64,000 bases of DNA from Tubiluchus corallicola (taxonomy: Eukaryota; Animalia; Priapulida), in contig JAQGDQ010000326.1 in NCBI GenBank assembly GCA_030141605.1, positions 204,369 through 268,368 of the forward strand, written 5' to 3'. The notes beneath the pieces were generated by a model. That model searched no databases, was not told the origin of the DNA, and worked only from the letters and a program-made list of their open reading frames with translations. The translations under genes and the position numbers were made by a program. Shown piece after piece: positions 63,568-64,000 of this stretch; position 1 is the first letter of the stretch, and each line of letters begins with the position of its first letter.

Positions 63568-64000
63568 GAGACTTTAGAGACTAAGAAGATTATTCTTTCA
63601 CCATAACAGTTTTATTTAAACCTATCAATACATAACAATTATCTTACATGTATAGTAACTATACTTACTGTAATTAAGTCAGAGAAATGCTCAAAGTTTT
63701 AATAATCTTTCTTATTTTTAGCACTAAAGGGGAATAGCAGTGCAAAAAGCATGGGCTGACAATAGCACAAGTACCAGATTAAATAAGTAGGAGAAAAAAT
63801 ATTTACAAAAGTTCATAAAGTTCACAATTTTCATAAGTATAAAGGATTAGTAGCGTTTTGGTATGACTTGTATGCAAAAACTGCTAACTTATAAGCATTT
63901 TCATCTGTTGCTACCAACATGAAAATCATGCCATTAGTTCAAAAGTTTGATGATGTCATTACTGTAGCAAAACTCCAACAATAACAAGCCAATAACATCA

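Overview
AT-rich eukaryotic (invertebrate, probably protostome) genomic DNA with spliceosomal introns. From left to right: (1) the first coding exon of dachshund (minus strand, Ski/Sno/Dac domain; the gene runs off the left edge); (2) about 24 kb of gene-free upstream DNA with SINE/LINE remnants and degenerate pentamer satellites; (3) a decayed 4.7-kb Ty3/Gypsy (Mag-like) LTR retrotransposon with both LTRs, PBS, PPT and a 5-bp TSD; (4) a complete spartin/SPG20 gene (+, 6 coding exons, 546 aa); (5) a complete POMP/UMP1 gene (-, 5 coding exons), which the ORF track almost entirely misses; (6) the 5' half of a VEGFR/PVR-type Ig receptor (+, signal peptide and Ig1-Ig4), head-to-head with POMP. The most notable observation is that the human counterparts DACH1, SPART, POMP and FLT1 all lie on chr13, with POMP and FLT1 also divergent neighbours near the ParaHox cluster, which suggests very ancient linkage. 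Other candidates: an NRF-1/ARE bidirectional promoter, a frameshifting alternative donor in POMP, a perfect 54-bp AP-1 palindrome, a 16-bp-period RFX X-box array, chimeric 5S/tRNA SINEs and putative intronic structured RNAs. All gene models were built by hand from splice signals and translation; no database searches were run.
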